A stretch of DNA of 63,907 nucleotides, the filler included, from Chiloscyllium plagiosum (taxonomy: Eukaryota): the NCBI RefSeq assembly GCF_004010195.1. It is 4 parts of one record of this genome, joined end to end, with 100 filler letters (N's around TTAATTAATTAA, not from the genome) between each part and the next. Parts side by side here need not be neighbours in the genome. Positions count along the whole stretch, not along the records: positions 15,944 to 36,063 come from NC_057711.1; positions 36,164 to 50,112 come from NC_057711.1; 2 more parts are not named here. The stretch is one strand, 5' to 3'. Position numbers and translations under genes: made by a program. Below the pieces are notes generated by a model, which was not told the origin of the DNA, did no database searches, and saw only the letters and a program-made list of their open reading frames with translations. This document shows, piece by piece, positions 24,846 to 38,889 of this stretch (position 1 is its first letter; each line of letters begins with the position of its first letter).

Positions 24846-26785
24846 CGATACTTCAGCATTTCATCCTTCTCACTCATTTACTTTTGTCATTTTACAGAAA
24901 AATGCAGAAGTTACTTGACTTCCTGTGCTCTACCAAAGAAACGTTGATCGACTTAAATAATATGAACCAGAAATGGGAAGTCTGTGAACAGCACAGGATC
25001 AGATAAAAAATGTAGGTCAGGAAATCCCTGTTTTTTTCTATTCATTCATGGGTTGAGAGTGTCACTGGCTAGGTCAGCATTTATCAGTTAGGTCTCTGGA
25101 TTAACAGCTGAAAATGTGATGCTGGAAAAGCGCAGCAGCTCAGGCAGCATCCAAGGAGCAGGAGAATCAACGTTTCGGGCATGAGCCCTTCTTCAGGAAT
25201 GGACTCTGGATTAACAGTCCAGCAATAAAACCACTAGGTGATTACCTCCTCTCCCTGTACTATTGAAGGAAGAGTAACTGAAGGCTTGTGCCCTAGATCT
25301 TCTGTCCTGAACACATATCATGGGATAAGGGCTGACCCAGGATCACAGATCTCTGGTAAACTAGTGAGTAATCTATGTGTAGGCACATGCAAATTTAGTG
25401 TGTCTGGTTTACACACACACACACATACAAATTCCAACTACCCCAAAGAATTGCAATAAATTCTGTTGTGGCTGCTAAAGCCAGAATGTGGTTTGCATAT
25501 CATTTCTGCACTTGGCAGAATTTTCTTCTCAGAGCCTGGATGCTTTGGTGCTGCATTTTGTGTCTTTTTGGCTAAGTTGGAGCTGTGCCAAGTTTTTTTG
25601 AGCATTTATGCTGGCTTCTCTGTCTCTTTCCAGAAGGAAAATAGCTCACCATAGGGCAGAAAGAATCAAGACAGAGAGTGTGCTGCTTATCATTCAGCTC
25701 CTCATTCCTTATGTGGACAGCATCATGACTGACTAGCCTGAGCAAGGCCTAGACGTATCGGAGACTGCATTCAGCTTAGTGTGCCAGGAAGACCTCCCAG
25801 AAAGGCTGTCTCCCTGACTCAACTGAAGATGACTGACAACAATAACAAGCTTACTGTCTCTGTGCTAAATGTATAACAAGACAACAGTAATATCAGCCTG
25901 GTATCTCTAGCTGATGGAACAAAGTGCTAAAAAGGCAAGGCAGGGGTATTGTGAGCATCCAGGAATACTGGATGTATTTTGACCAATCACACTGAAGGAA
26001 TGGCAATATGTTTCTAAGCCAGAATGGTGAGTCGCTTGGAGGGTGTTCCCAGGTATCTGCTACCTTGTTCCTCCTCGATGGACATAGTCGTGGGTTTGGA
26101 AGATGCTGTCTAAGAAGTTTTGGTAACTTTCTGAATGCATCTTGCAGATAGTACGCACTGCTGCATTTCAGCATTGGGTGTTAGTTGGAGTGAATGCTTG
26201 TAGATGTGGTGCCCATCAAGTGTGCTGGACAGTGTTAAGCCTCTTGAGTATTGTTGAAGCCGCACCCATCCAGGCAAGCATTCAGTATTCCAATACATTA
26301 CTGACTTGTGACTTGTAGGTGTTAGATAGAATTTGGAAGTCAGGAAATGAGTTACACACTGCAGTTTTCCTTGTCCCTCATCTGGGTCAATAACATGTGC
26401 AGCTGGAAAAGTACAGCAGGTCAAGCAGCATCAGAAGAGCAGGAGAGTCAATGTTTCAGGCAGGACCCTTCAGCAGTCAACTCTGCTGCTCTTCTGATGA
26501 TGCTTGACTGGCTGTTCTTTGTTTCAGCTCCACATTTTATCAATTCTGATTTTCCAGCATCTGCAGTCCTCACTATTTCAAACTCACCCTTGTAGCCATT
26601 GTGTTCATATGGCAAGTTCAGTTGAGTCTCTGATCAATGGTAATCCCAAGGATAATGGTGGATTCAGTGATGGTAACAACATTAAATGTCATGAGGCGGT
26701 CTCATTGGAGATGGTTATTGCCTGTCATTTGTGTGGCACAATTGTTACTTGATGTTTTTCAGCCCAAACCTGATATTTTCCTGAT

Positions 26786-27325
26786 GTGGAGGTGCCAGTA
26801 TTGCACTGGGGTGGACAAGGTGAGAAGTCATATGATACCAAGTTATATTCCAACAGGTTTAATTTGAAATCACAAGCTTTTGGAGCACTGGTCCTAAGAT
26901 ATAGGTCCTTCATCAGGTGAAATGGAGAGAAGAGCACAGGCATAGAATTTATCGGTGGAGAGATCAAAAGATAGTACAAATGGTGTGAGTGGTGTGTCGA
27001 CAGGCTGAGTAACAAGTCAGTGCACGTGATCAAAAGTATCCAGTGGTGTGAGTAAAGTGCTAACAGCTGAATAACAAATGAAGGGATGACCTATGATCTG
27101 ATTACTTGAGGCAGAGAGATAATTACAATGAATTAAAAATAAGATGGTGCTGGAGACAAACCAAATGGCTGGAATAATATGATCGGTATATGTGTCATAT
27201 GTTGAGGGTTTAACCAAAGTAATGGGTAATCCAAAACTCTGCAAACTGAGATAGAGAAATCATAATAAGAATTTAAATTAATGGTGTCAAAACAGAACAG
27301 TAAGGAAGATTTTACAAATACCCAT
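26786..27325 (-). mobile_element. Penelope-like terminal repeat of another family, degenerate hammerhead core
   Basis: Minus strand cacCTGATGAagg...gctccaaaagcttgtg, followed by gttggaatataacttggt. Confidence 0.55.
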
Positions 27326-27329
27326 GAAG

Positions 27330-28630
27330 ACAGCCTCAATCATGATTTTGGGTTCATGTCGCGCTGCATGTAACTCCATCTACTGTTCCGTATTCATAAA
27401 ATCTTCCTGAATGTTCTGTTTTGATCTTGTGATCTCACCATACAACCAATCTGCTATGTTGCACTTTCTTGAAGGCCTTGCTAAAATCCATATAGACAAT
27501 GTCGCCTGCTCCACCTTCATCTAGCTTCTTGGTCATCTCTTTGAGAAACTCAATCAAATTTGTGAGACAGGATTTTCCACACAAAAAGCCATGCTGACTA
27601 TCCGAATCCATCTTTGCCTTTCCAAATGCATGAAGATCATGTCTCTCAGGAACTCTCCAACTACTTACCAATCATTGACGTTAGGCCCACTGGTCTGTAA
27701 TTCCCTGTTTTTTTTCTTGCAGCCTTTTTTAAACAGTGACGTAATAGTGGCCACTCTCCAGTCTTCTGATACCTCATCCAAACATTGATGATGATACAAA
27801 TATCTCTGCCAGTGGCTCCATAATTTCTCCATTAGCTTCCCACAATGTCCTAGGATATATTTGATCAAGTCCTGGGGATTTACCTACCTTTTAAGCATTT
27901 TAAAACTTCCAGCACCTCGTCTTGTGTAATGTGGATTCGTTTCAAGTCATCACTATTTATCTGCCTGAGTTCGCTAACTTCCATGTCTTTCATAACTTCA
28001 ATACTTTGTAAGATATAGGAGCAGAATTAGGCCATTCGGCCCATCAAGACTGATCCGCCACTCGATCATGGTTGATATGCTCCTCAGCCCCATTTTCCTG
28101 CCTTCTCCCCAAAACCCTTCAACCCATTGCCAATTAAAAATCTGTCTAACTCCTCCTTAACTTCACTCACTGCCCCAGCACTTTGGGTTAGCAAATCCCA
28201 CAGATTCACAACCCTTTGGGAGAAGTAGTTTCTCCTCAACTATGTTTTAAATTTGCTATTCCTTTCTGAAGACTATGACCTCTCATCCTAGAATGCTCCA
28301 CAGGAAAAAGTATCTGTTCCACGTCTATTTTATCCATTCCTTTTATTGTCTTGAATACCTCAATTTGGTCTCCCCTCATTCTTCTAAATTCCAGAGAATA
28401 TAGGCCGAAATTGTTCAATCTCTCTTCATATGACAAATCCCTCATCTCTGGGATCAATTTCTCCATGGTGAATACTGATGCAAAATATTCATTTAGGATT
28501 GTATGCATCTCCTGTGGTTCCACACATAGATGGCTCTGTTGATCATTAAGGGGCCCGATTCTCTCCCTAGTTACTCTTTTGTCTTTAATATACTTAGAGA
28601 ATTTCTTTGGATTCTCCTTAGTCTGTCTGC
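27330..28630 (-). mobile_element. CR1 RT fragment with nested CR1 3' end (~28010-28457)
   Basis: SQHGFLCGKSCLTNLIEF...YMDFSKAF; LSYEERL...GLYSLEFRRMRGD. Confidence 0.85.
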
Positions 28631-30139
28631 AAAAGCTGTCTCATTTAGTCCGCCTAAAGAAATGAAATTAGAAGTTCAGCATGACAGTCCTTCCTAAGGG
28701 TTTAGCCATTTCATACTAACCCGTGCACTCTGTCTGTTCTCCCACCATGTCTATTACCAGTTGGACACTATTTAGCAGCTTGTGGCCAACTCATGTTCTC
28801 ACTCATCCCCAATGCCTCTTATAGCACTTTGTGTGAACTGATGACCTCACTCCACCCATCCCCATCAACCCTTATCACCTCTGTGCCAACTGATGTTTTC
28901 CAACCACCACACTTCGCTCTTTTCGAGATCTATATGGAAACGGTAGGAAAGTGGAGTTGAGGATTATTCAATCAGTCATGATTGTATTGAATAGCAGTGC
29001 AGACTTAAGACAGGTATAAATTCATAAAGCACGAAACAGATCCTTTGGTCTAACTTCTCCATGCTGACTAGGTTTCCCAAACTAAACTTGTCCCACCTGC
29101 CTGTGTTTGGTCTATATCCCTTCAAACATGTACATGCCCAAATGTCTTTTAAATGTTGCAACTTCCTCAAGCAATTTATTCCATCTGTTATGGACCAGGC
29201 CAGGCCCCTTAAAACATTTCAAGAAAGTAGTCCGGACCCTGACTCTGCTAGTTGTTTTAAGCAGATGTAACATGGATATTCCAGGAGAGATGCATTGGTC
29301 AATCCACGTTGTTTTAAACAAAACAGAATTTAATTACAACATCACCAAATGAAACACAAACAAACGAGAACAGAATACTGAATAACTTAACCTATTGAAA
29401 AACCCAATCGATCATCCCAACTTAATGATACTGCTCCAAAGACTTGGAACAATCCCCATAAAAACTTATTGGCACAAAAGGAAAAATCAAACAATGGGTC
29501 TTACAGGGGAGAAGTCAGAGAAATTACCAGCATAGACCTGCTTCTTTGCATCCAGCAGATTCCAAATCAAACCAAACCAGAGATAAGCCGAGCTGGGAGA
29601 AATGGCCGCACTCCTTTCATTGTACAAGTGTTCTTGTTAAAACTTGAAAGCCTTCTGTCTCAGGCAGTATCTAATAGCTATATACAAATTAGCCCTGAAA
29701 CCTGTCAACCCCAGACTTTTTGGAGTCTGTGTCATTTACGACCTCTCTTTATAAAATCCAAGGACAACATAACCTTGTTAAAGGAACAGTTTCACCTCAC
29801 CGCCCCCCCTCCCCTTAAAATGAACAATCAATAACCAAATGTGGCTTAATTTTAAAATTCCTTCAATCTAAATTGTTAGTACTCTAAAACATACATGTAC
29901 ATTACATTGACTACAAACATGCAAACATGCACAATCACATTCCATTTCAGTCTGTTATACACCTGCCACTGAACACCTCCGTTTCTCATTCAAATCTCAA
30001 CAATGCATTAGCAATCACATTTCCTTGTCCTGTCCACCCAAACTGTTGGCTTTTAACAACAAGCTCCATCTAAATAGTCTGGCATTTTTGTCCTTAAATT
30101 TCTCCACTAACCTCAATAGGTTATGATCAGTGTATATCG

Positions 30140-30728
30140 AGTCATAGAGTCATAGAGATGTACATCATGGAAACAGACCCTTCGGTCCAAACCGTCCATG
30201 CTGACCAGATATCCCAACCCAATCTAGTCCCTCCTGCCAGCATCCAGCCCATATCCCTCCAAACCTTCCTATTCATATGCCCATCCAGATGCCTTTTAAA
30301 TAACCCCAGGGAAAAGACTTTGTCTATTTATTCTATCCATGCCCCTCATAATTTTGTAAGCCTCTATAAGGTCACCCCTCAGCTCCAGGGAAAACAGCTC
30401 CAGCCTGTTCATCCTCTCCTTATAGCTCAAATCCTCCAACCCCGGCAGTATCCTTGTAAATCTTTTCTGAACCCTTTCAAGTTTCACAACACCTTTCTGA
30501 TAGGAAGGAGACCAGAATTGCACAGAATATTCCAACAGTGGCCTAACTAATGACATGTACAGCTGCAACATGACCTCTCAACTCCTGTACTCAATACTCT
30601 GACCAATAAAGGAAAGCATGACAAACGCCTTCTTCACTATCCTATCTACCTGCGACTCCACTTTCAAGGAGCTATGAATCTGCACTCCAAGGTCTCTTTG
30701 TTCAGCAACACTCCCTAGGACCTTATCA
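30140..30728 (-). mobile_element. CR1 3' fragment inserted in the Gypsy RNase H
   Basis: LVRPLLEYSVQFWSP...LERVQKRFTR; gagtcata tail. Confidence 0.9.
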
Positions 30729-30989
30729 TATATGATTGTCTCAGAATCGTTACTAGTAACATAAACATTGAAATGTTGTAACGCCAACACAAAGCTCAAA
30801 GTCTCCTTCTGAACTGTCGAACGTTTCTACTGATGAATGTTCAATTTCCTGGAGAAATATCCAATAGGTCTTTCTAGCTTCTCATCATCTTCTTGTAAGA
30901 GCACAGCACCAACACTTACATTGATAGTCACCTTGAATGGCTTTGCTTTATTAGGTGTGGCTAATACTAGGTCAGTGGATAACACAGCT

Positions 30990-33690
30990 TTAGAACAAGA
31001 ACATAGAACATTGCAGCACATTCAGGCATTTCAGCCCTCGATGTTGTGCTGACCTGTGAAACCAATCTGAATCCCATCTATCCTACACTACTCCAAATTC
31101 ATCCATATGTTTATCCAATGACTATTAAAATGCCTTTAATGTTGGTGAGACTAGTATTGTTGCAGGCAGGGCATTCTATGCACCTACTTCTCTCTAAGTA
31201 AAGAAACTACCTCTGACATCTATCAATTTCAGGCTTTGTCCCCGTGTGCTAGCCATGACCATCTGAAGAAAAAGGCTCTCACTGTCCACCCTATCTAACC
31301 CTCTTATTATCTTATCTGTCTCAGTTAAGTCACTTCTCAAACTTCTTCTCTCTAATGAAAACAGTCTCAGGTGCCTCAGCCTTTCCTCAATAGACCTTCC
31401 CTCCATTTCAGGCAACATCCTAGTAAAACTCCTCTGAACCATTTCCAAAGCTTCCACATCTTTCCTATAATGTGGTAATGAGAGACCTGTACGCAATATT
31501 CCAAGTGCGGTCACACCAGCGTTTTGTACAGATGGAACATGACCTCATAGCTCCGAAACTCAATCCCTCTACCAATAAAAGCTAACACACTATATGCCTT
31601 CTTAACAACCCTATCATGGGTGGTAACTTTCAAGGATCCATGTAGATGGACACCGAGATCCGTCTGCTCAACTCCACTGTCATGAATCTTACCATTAGCC
31701 CAGTACTCTGTATTCCTGTTGCTCCTTCCAAAGTGAATCACCTCACACTTTTCCACATTAAACTCCATTTGCCACCTCTCAGCCCAGTTCTGCAGCTTAT
31801 CTATGACTCTCTGTAAACTGCAATATCCTTCGGTACAATCCACAACTCCACCAATGTGAGTGTCATCTGGAAATTTACTAACCCATCCTTCTACATCCTC
31901 ATCCAGGTTACTTGTAAAAATGACACACAACAGTTCCCCCAACACAGATATTTGTGGTCCACTCTTAGTAACTGAAAACCAGGATCAACATTTCCCATCA
32001 ACCACCACCCTCTATCTTCTTTCAGCTCACCAATTTCTGATCCAAACCGCTAAGTGACTCTCAATCCCAAGCCTCCATATTTTGTGCAATAGCCTACCAT
32101 GAAGAACCTTATTAAACACCTTATTGAAACCTAAATGCACCCCATCAACCACTTTACCCTCATCTACCTGTTTGGTCACCTTCTCAAAGAACTCAATAAG
32201 TTTTGTGAGGTATAACCTACCCTTCACAAAACTGTTTTGATTATCCCTAATCAACTTATTTCTTTCTAGATGATTATTAATACCATCTCTTATAACCTTT
32301 TCTCACACTTTACCCATAACTGAAATAATGCTCACTGGTCTATAATTACCAGGATTGTCTCTACTCCCCTTCCTAAAGAAGGGGACAACATTCGCAGTCT
32401 TCTGGCACTATTCCTGTAGACAATGACAAAATAAAGATCAAAGCGAAAGACTCTGCAATCTCCTTCCTTCCCAGATATTCCTCGGATAAATCCTATGTGG
32501 CCCAGGAGTCTTATCTATTTTCACACTTTCCAGAACAGCTAACACCCCCTCCTTGTAAATCTCAATCCCATCTCATCTAGTCGCCTTTATCTCAATATTA
32601 TCCTCAACAACATTGTCCTTTTCTAGTGTGAATAGCGACAAAAAATATTCTCCTATTTCCTCAAACTCCATGCACAACTTCCCACTACTGTCCTTGATTG
32701 GTCCTAATCTTACTCTACTCATTCCTTTACTCCTAATATACTTATAGAAAGCCTTAGGGGTTTCCTTGATCTTATCTGCCAATGCCTTATCATGTCCCCC
32801 ACTGACTCTTCTCAGCTCACCCTCTGCCATCTTTCCTGGCTCACTTGTAATGAGCAAGTGCCCTCGTAACTGAGCCTTTATGTCTCATCCTAACATAAGC
32901 CATCTTCTTCCTCTTGACAAGAGATTCAATGTCCTTAGTAAACCACTGCTCCCTTGATCAACCACTTCCTCCCTGCCTGACAGCTACATACTTATTAAGA
33001 ACATGCAGTAGCTGTTCCTTGAACAAGCTCCACATTTCAATTGTACCCATCCTCTGCAGTTTCCTTCCCCATCCTATGCATCCTAAATCTTGCCCAATTG
33101 CATCATAATTGCATTTCCACCAGCAATAACTGTTGCCCTGCATTGGATATCACTTTCCATCGCTAAAGTAAACATAACAGAATTGTGGTCACTATCATTA
33201 AAGGCTCACATACCTCCAAATCTAACACATAGCTGGGTTCATTAGCCAGTACTAAATCCAATGTGGCCTCGCCCCTTGTTAGCCTGTCTCCATACTGTGT
33301 CAGGAAGCCATCGTGCACACATTAGACAAAAACTGACCCAGCTAAAGTACTTGAATTATAGTATTTGGAATGTTAAAGTACCCTGTAACAAGTACCCCAT
33401 TACTCTCACTCCTATCCAGAATTATCTTTGCTATCCTTTCCTCTACATCTCTGGAGCTAATCAGAGGCCTATAGAAACCTCCCAATATGGTGACCTCTCC
33501 TTTCCTGTTTCTAACCTAAGCCCATATTACCTCAGTAGACAAGTCCTCAAAGCATTTCTACCATTCTGTCCCTTCTATATCCATGTCTCCGAAATGGCCA
33601 CAACATCAAAGTCCCAGGGACCAACTAATGCTGCAAGTTCACCCACCTTATTCTGGATGCTCCAGAATGAGCCCCAATTACCCAGGTATC
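30990..33690 (-). mobile_element. CR1 ORF2 (endonuclease-RT), decayed
   Basis: LTKLIEFFEKVTK, SKFPDDT, WQMEFNVEKCEVIHFG. Confidence 0.92.
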
Positions 33691-34104
33691 CAAAACCCTC
33701 TCTCCTGCAAATACTGATTCCCACTTTTTGTTTTAGGTCGGGGTCCTATGCAATCAATTCAGACTCTTGTAAAAGGTTCCTCAAATTCAGGAATAGGTAT
33801 TAAAGGTGCAGGTTTTATGACTGCCTCTGGCTTTCCAACTACCTAACATGTGTGACACATCTGGCAAAATTCAACTACATCCTTGTCAGTCCAGGCCAGT
33901 AAAAATAGTTTTGTATTTTCGCTGGAGTTTTCCTCACTCCTAAATGACCCTCTAGTGTAGTTCATGTGCCACTCGCAACATCTTTCCATAACCCACTGGC
34001 AATACCATTTGATAAATTTCTGCCCATTTCTCATCTGCTTGAGTATGTGTTGGTTTACATTTCCTCATTAAGACATCATTTTTAAGATAATAAGATTCAG
34101 GGAT

Positions 34105-35037
34105 TGTCAGAGAAATTTTGCCCAATGAATCAGAGACCACAAACAAGGATCACGGTGAAATTGACAGGCGGTTTATTAAACAAAGCGATATTGTGGAAGA
34201 GAAATTGACCAGGCTGACATAGAACTGATTCTCTGCACAGATGGCCATAATGCTCTTCCCAGAACTGAAGATGCAGGCATGCTTTATAGGGGTACAACAC
34301 AAAGGTCATAATTGTAAAGCAGTTACAGTACAATAGTGAGAATTGTAAAGCGATTTAAACAAGAATAAACTGAATGGAAGTTAATCAAGCATCCGTCAGT
34401 AGCAATTCATTTGTAATTGACTCAGGAGATACCAGCCATCTCCGTGCGTAGGTGAGAATGTCTTCATTGTATTTCCCGTCTGCGTGAATATGTTTAAATG
34501 TCCCTTCTCCTGGCACTCAGGTGTGTCGGTTGTGTTCCTCCTGCGAGTGAAGTCATCCTGGTTGTCTCGGTCTGCCTGTTTGTTTCTGCGGTATCGGTTT
34601 CAATGGGATTTGAGGAGAAAGTGAGGACTGCAGATGCTGGAGATCAGAGCTGAAAATGTGATGCTGGAGAAGCGCAGCAGGTCAGGCAGCATCCAAGGAA
34701 CAGGAGAATCGACGTTTCGGGCATAAGCCCTGAAGAAGGGCTTATGCCCGAAACGTCGATTCAATGGGATTTGAGCCTGCCCTTCGGGTATTGGGACCGC
34801 AGTGCTCACCGGGGCTGGGAGCTTTACTGTGAGGGTTGTTTGGGAAATGTATTCTCTGGTCTGGGAGTAGCACGGCCATGTCTGGTTTCTTCGTTAGCCT
34901 GTTTCACCAAGACTAGGGCATTGTGGGTGTGTTCTGCATGTGTTGACAGGCTTAATTTCTGTGATTCGCAGGCCAGCTTCTATGCTTTTTATGTGGCCGT
35001 GCTGTGGGTGGGTATGTTGGCAGATCTTGTTCCTACA
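34105..35037 (-). mobile_element. ERV-B 3' LTR with a Penelope hairpin insert (~34611-34760)
   Basis: Minus strand TGTAGG...CTGACA preceded by purine tract aaaaaaagagggca; reverse complement of 44936-45714. Confidence 0.92.
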
Positions 35038-35039
35038 AT

Positions 35040-35672
35040 GCCCTCTTTTTTTTGAGATGTGATGAAAAGTGGGCAATGTACCAGATCCGGGGGTGGGGGG
35101 GGGGAGGTTGTCAGTGTGTCTAAATCTGGCAGAGTGGAGGCTGTGTCAGGGGTTTGGATGTCACTCCAGTGGACTTGTATTAGCTGGGTGGTGAGGGGGG
35201 CAGGGGATAACAATGCTGTACACAACCGGGAGCAGCACATATGGAGGGCCATGTCCGGGACTACAATACCCACAAGAATGGCAGTAAGGGATATCAGACC
35301 CTGCAGCAGGTCTGTGCCCCATGAGCCCAGCCAGGAGGTTACCCAGCTCCACAAGTCCCAGCGGGATTCTTGGCCATGTCAGACAGCAGTAGCCTGTTGG
35401 ATGTGGTGCATCAGGTCTGTTATATTTTTGCTGGGATCAGGGATGTAGGTACAGCAGTCTGCACCAATGAGGGAGCAAGTGCCTCCCTTTCAGCCAGCAA
35501 GTAATCCAGGGCCATTCTATTTTGTAGGGCAACAGTGCAAATGGTGACAGCCTCTATATTCAGTTGGGTGAGCGCTTCAGCCGTGGCATTCACTATCTCC
35601 TCTAGTGTGGTGGCCAGCTGATGTGCCTCTATGTCCAGGCACAGGGTTACGTATGTGGGCACAAGTAGGGAG
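35040..35672 (-). pseudogene. env: ERV-B gamma-type env TM subunit
   Basis: Immunosuppressive domain LQNRMALDYLLAE, then (frameshift) GGTCSLIGADCCTYIPD (CX6CC) and a WSWVTSWLGSWG...LISLTAILVGIVV membrane anchor. Confidence 0.92.
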
Positions 35673-35675
35673 AGT

Positions 35676-36063
35676 AGGTAAAAACAATGACTGCAGATGC
35701 TGGAAACCAGATTCTGGATTAGTGGTGCTGGAAGAACATAGCAGTTCAGGCAGCATCCGAGGAGCAGTAAAATCGACGTTTCGGGCAAAAGTCCTTCATC
35801 AGGAATACAGGCAGAGAGCCTGAAGGGTGGGGAGATAAGTGAGAGGAGGGTGGGGGTGGGGAGCATAGAGTAAATGACCTGGGAGTTGCAGTGGGAGAGG
35901 GACTCCCTGAGACTCTTGTAGGGAGAGGAGGAAAACTTCTTCAAGGCAGGCATCCTTGCTACTTTCTCCCCACCCCCACTCTCCTCTCACTTATCTCTCC
36001 TTCAGGCTCTCTGCCTGTATTCCTGATGAAGGACTTTTGCCCGAAACGTCGATTTTACTGCTC
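35676..36063. mobile_element. Palindromic Penelope terminal repeats with hammerhead core
   Basis: CTGATGA-AGGAC-TTTT-GCCC-GAAAC-GTC at 36023-36050, mirrored at ~35775-35802. Confidence 0.8.
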
Positions 36064-37189
36064 NNNNNNNNNNNNNNNNNNNNNNNNNNNNNNNNNNNNN
36101 NNNNNNNTTAATTAATTAANNNNNNNNNNNNNNNNNNNNNNNNNNNNNNNNNNNNNNNNNNNNTCAAACAACTTGTGAACTCTATACACACAATATTCAT
36201 CAATCTGCCTTCATCAGCCTTCTTTGACATTTATTCAAGAAATTCCAGTCAAGTTTGTGATGCATGATTTCCCATGTTCACTATCCCTATTCAATACTTG
36301 CCTTTCCAAATACATGTAGACTTCTGAACTCCAGTGAGTAGAGTCCCAACATTTTTGCCTTGGCTCATAAGGCATTCTCTCCATACTGGAATCATCCTCA
36401 TGAATATTCTCTAAACTACCTCCAATGAAATTAGATATTTCCTCATCTGAAGAGATGAAAACTGCTCACAGTACTCCAGATGTGCTCTCAGCAATACCTT
36501 GTATAGTTGCAGTAGGACATCCCTACTTTGTACTCCAACCCCTTGAAACTATGAGTGGCACAGTTAAGGTAAATATCAAAGGTCTTTTCCCTTGAGTGGA
36601 GGAGTTCAAAACTAGAGAGCATATTTTTAAGGTGTGAGGAAAAAGATTTAAAATGCTTCTGAGTGGAAACTTTTTCATACAGTGGTTGGTTCATACATGT
36701 GTGATGAAGCTGCTCCTTTAACAATATGATGTTGTTCTTAGCTTTTTTAAAGGGAGGTTGTAAAAGATACAGACTCCAAAACTTCTGGGGTTGAAGGGCT
36801 GCAGGGCCAATTTGTTTATAGCTAACAGATACTGCCTCAGGCAGAAAGCTCCCAAGTTAAAAAAAACACTTGTACAATGAAAGGGAAGTTACCACTTCCC
36901 TGAGCTCAGCTGCTCTCTGGTTTGATTTGGTTTGGAAGCTGCTGGACCCAAAGAAGCAGGTCCATGCTGGTATTCTCTCTGACATCGCTCCTGTCAGACC
37001 CTGTATTTGACTTTTCCTTTTGTGTCAAGGGATTTTTATGGGGATTGTTGCAAGTATTTGGAACAGCACCTTTAGAACAAAGAGAGCAAAGAACATTACA
37101 GCACAGGAACAGGCCCTTCAGCCCTCTACTTCTGTGCTGATCCATATCCTCTATCTAAATCTGCCATCTATTTTTTAAGGATCTGTAGC

Positions 37190-37712
37190 TCTTAGTAAGG
37201 CCACGTTTGGAGGACTGTGTGTAGTTCTGGTCACCTCATTTTAGGAAAGATGTGGAAGCTTTGGAGAGGGTGCAGAGGAGATTTACCAGAATGTTGCCTG
37301 GAATGGAGAATAAGTCGTACGAGGATAGGTTGAGAGTGCTAGGCCTTTTCTCATTGGAACGGAGAAGGATGAGGGGTGACTTGATAGAGGTTTATAAGAT
37401 GATCAGGGGAATAGATAGAGTAGACAGTCAGTTTTTCCCCGGGTACAACAGAGTGTTACAAGGGGACATAAATTTAAGGTGAAGGTTGGAAGGTATAGGG
37501 GGGATGTCAGGGGTAGGTTCTTTACCCAGAGAGTGGTGGGGGCATGGAATTGCTTACCTGTTGGAGTGGCAGAGTCAGAATCATTGGTGACCTTTAAGCG
37601 GAAATTGGATAGGTACATGGATAGGTGCTTAAGCTCGGATAAATGTTGGGCACAACATCATGGGCCAAAGGGCCTGTTCTGTGCTCTATTGTTCTATATT
37701 CTATGTTCTATG
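37190..37712 (+). mobile_element. CR1 3' fragment nested in the CR1 3' UTR
   Basis: ALERVQRRFTRMLPG; near-identical to 1-354. Confidence 0.92.
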
Positions 37713-38696
37713 TTTGGTCCCTGCCCATTCATGTGTCTGTCTAGATACATCTTAAATGATGCTATTGATCCTTCCCCTATCACACCCACTGGCAATGCAT
37801 TCCAGGCACCCACCAACCTCTTGTAAAGAACTTTCCATATATATTTCACCGAAACATTTCCCCTCTCACTTTTAACTCATGACCCCTAGTAATTGAGTCC
37901 TTCACTCTGGGAAAAAGTTTCTTGCTATCCACCCTGTCTAACCTCTCATGATTTTATAGGCCTCAATCAGGAACCCCCTCAAACACCTTCTTTCCAATGA
38001 AAATATTCCTATTCTACTCAACCTCTCCTAATAGCTTGCTCCCTTCATACCAGGCAACATCTTGGTGAATCACCTCTGCACCCTCTCCAAAGAATCCATA
38101 TTCTTTTGGTAATGTGGTGACTAGAACTGTTTGCAATATTCCAGATGTGGCCGAACCAAAGTCTTATACAATTGTAACATGACCTACCAACTCGTACTCA
38201 ATAGCCCTCCTGGTGGAGGAAAGCATGCCTTCTTGACCACTTTACTGACCTGCATTGTCACCTCCAGGGAACAAGGGATCTGAAAATCCAGATGTCTCTG
38301 TGCATCACTTTTCCCCAGGATATTTCCATTTACTGTAGAGTTCGCTCTGGAATTGCATCTTCCAAAATGCATCACCTTGCATTTGTCCAGGTTGAAATCC
38401 ATTTGCCATTTCTCTGCCCAACTCTCCAATCTATCTATTTTGTGCTGTATTCTCTGAAAGTCCCCTTCACTATCTGCTACTCCACCAATCTTCCTGTTAT
38501 CTGCCAAACTTGCTAATGAGGCAACCTACACTTTCCTCCAAATCAATTATGTGTATCACAAACTTCAGTGGTCTCAGCATGAATTCCTGTGGGACACCAC
38601 TGGTCACAGGGCTCCTTTTGAGAAGCTCCCTTCCACACCTACTCTCTGCCTCCTGTTACCCAAACAGTTCTGTATCCATCTAGCTAGAACACCCTG

Positions 38697-38889
38697 GAGC
38701 TGAAAATGTGTTGCTGGAAAAGCGCAGCAGGTCAGGCAGCATCCAAGGAGGAGGAGAACCGACGTTACGGGCATGAGCCCTTCTTCAGGATTGGCTCTCC
38801 TGCTCATTGGATGCTGCCTGACCGGCTGTGCTTTTCCAGCAAAACATTTTCAGCTCTGATCTCCAGCATCTGCAGTCCTCACTTTCTCC
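38697..38889. mobile_element. Palindromic Penelope-derived insert; TSD ctagaacaccc
   Basis: Inverted arms; same family as 6681-6903. Related inserts at 16757-16851, 25106-25202, 26390-26580, 47533-47890 and 57375-57533. Confidence 0.8.

Larger units (their letters stand above)
18420..26770. repeat. Segmental duplication unit, copy 2
   Basis: Colinear with copies 1 and 3; shares a Gypsy RNase H fragment and the same CR1/CR1 chimeric junction (20390-21130 versus 58520-59480). Confidence 0.85.
29186..34104 (-). mobile_element. Gmr1-type Gypsy element, 3' half: integrase, RNase H, PPT, 3' LTR (29801-29186); interrupted by CR1s
   Basis: IN motifs AHE..HLGVRKT, FYWPG, CQMCHTC, EEPFTRV.IDCIGP at 34100-33690; RNase H GAVLLQEDDEKLERPIGYFSRKL at 30990-30730; PPT at 29816-29802; LTR homologous to 36700-37070 plus 42305-42525. 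Confidence 0.88.
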
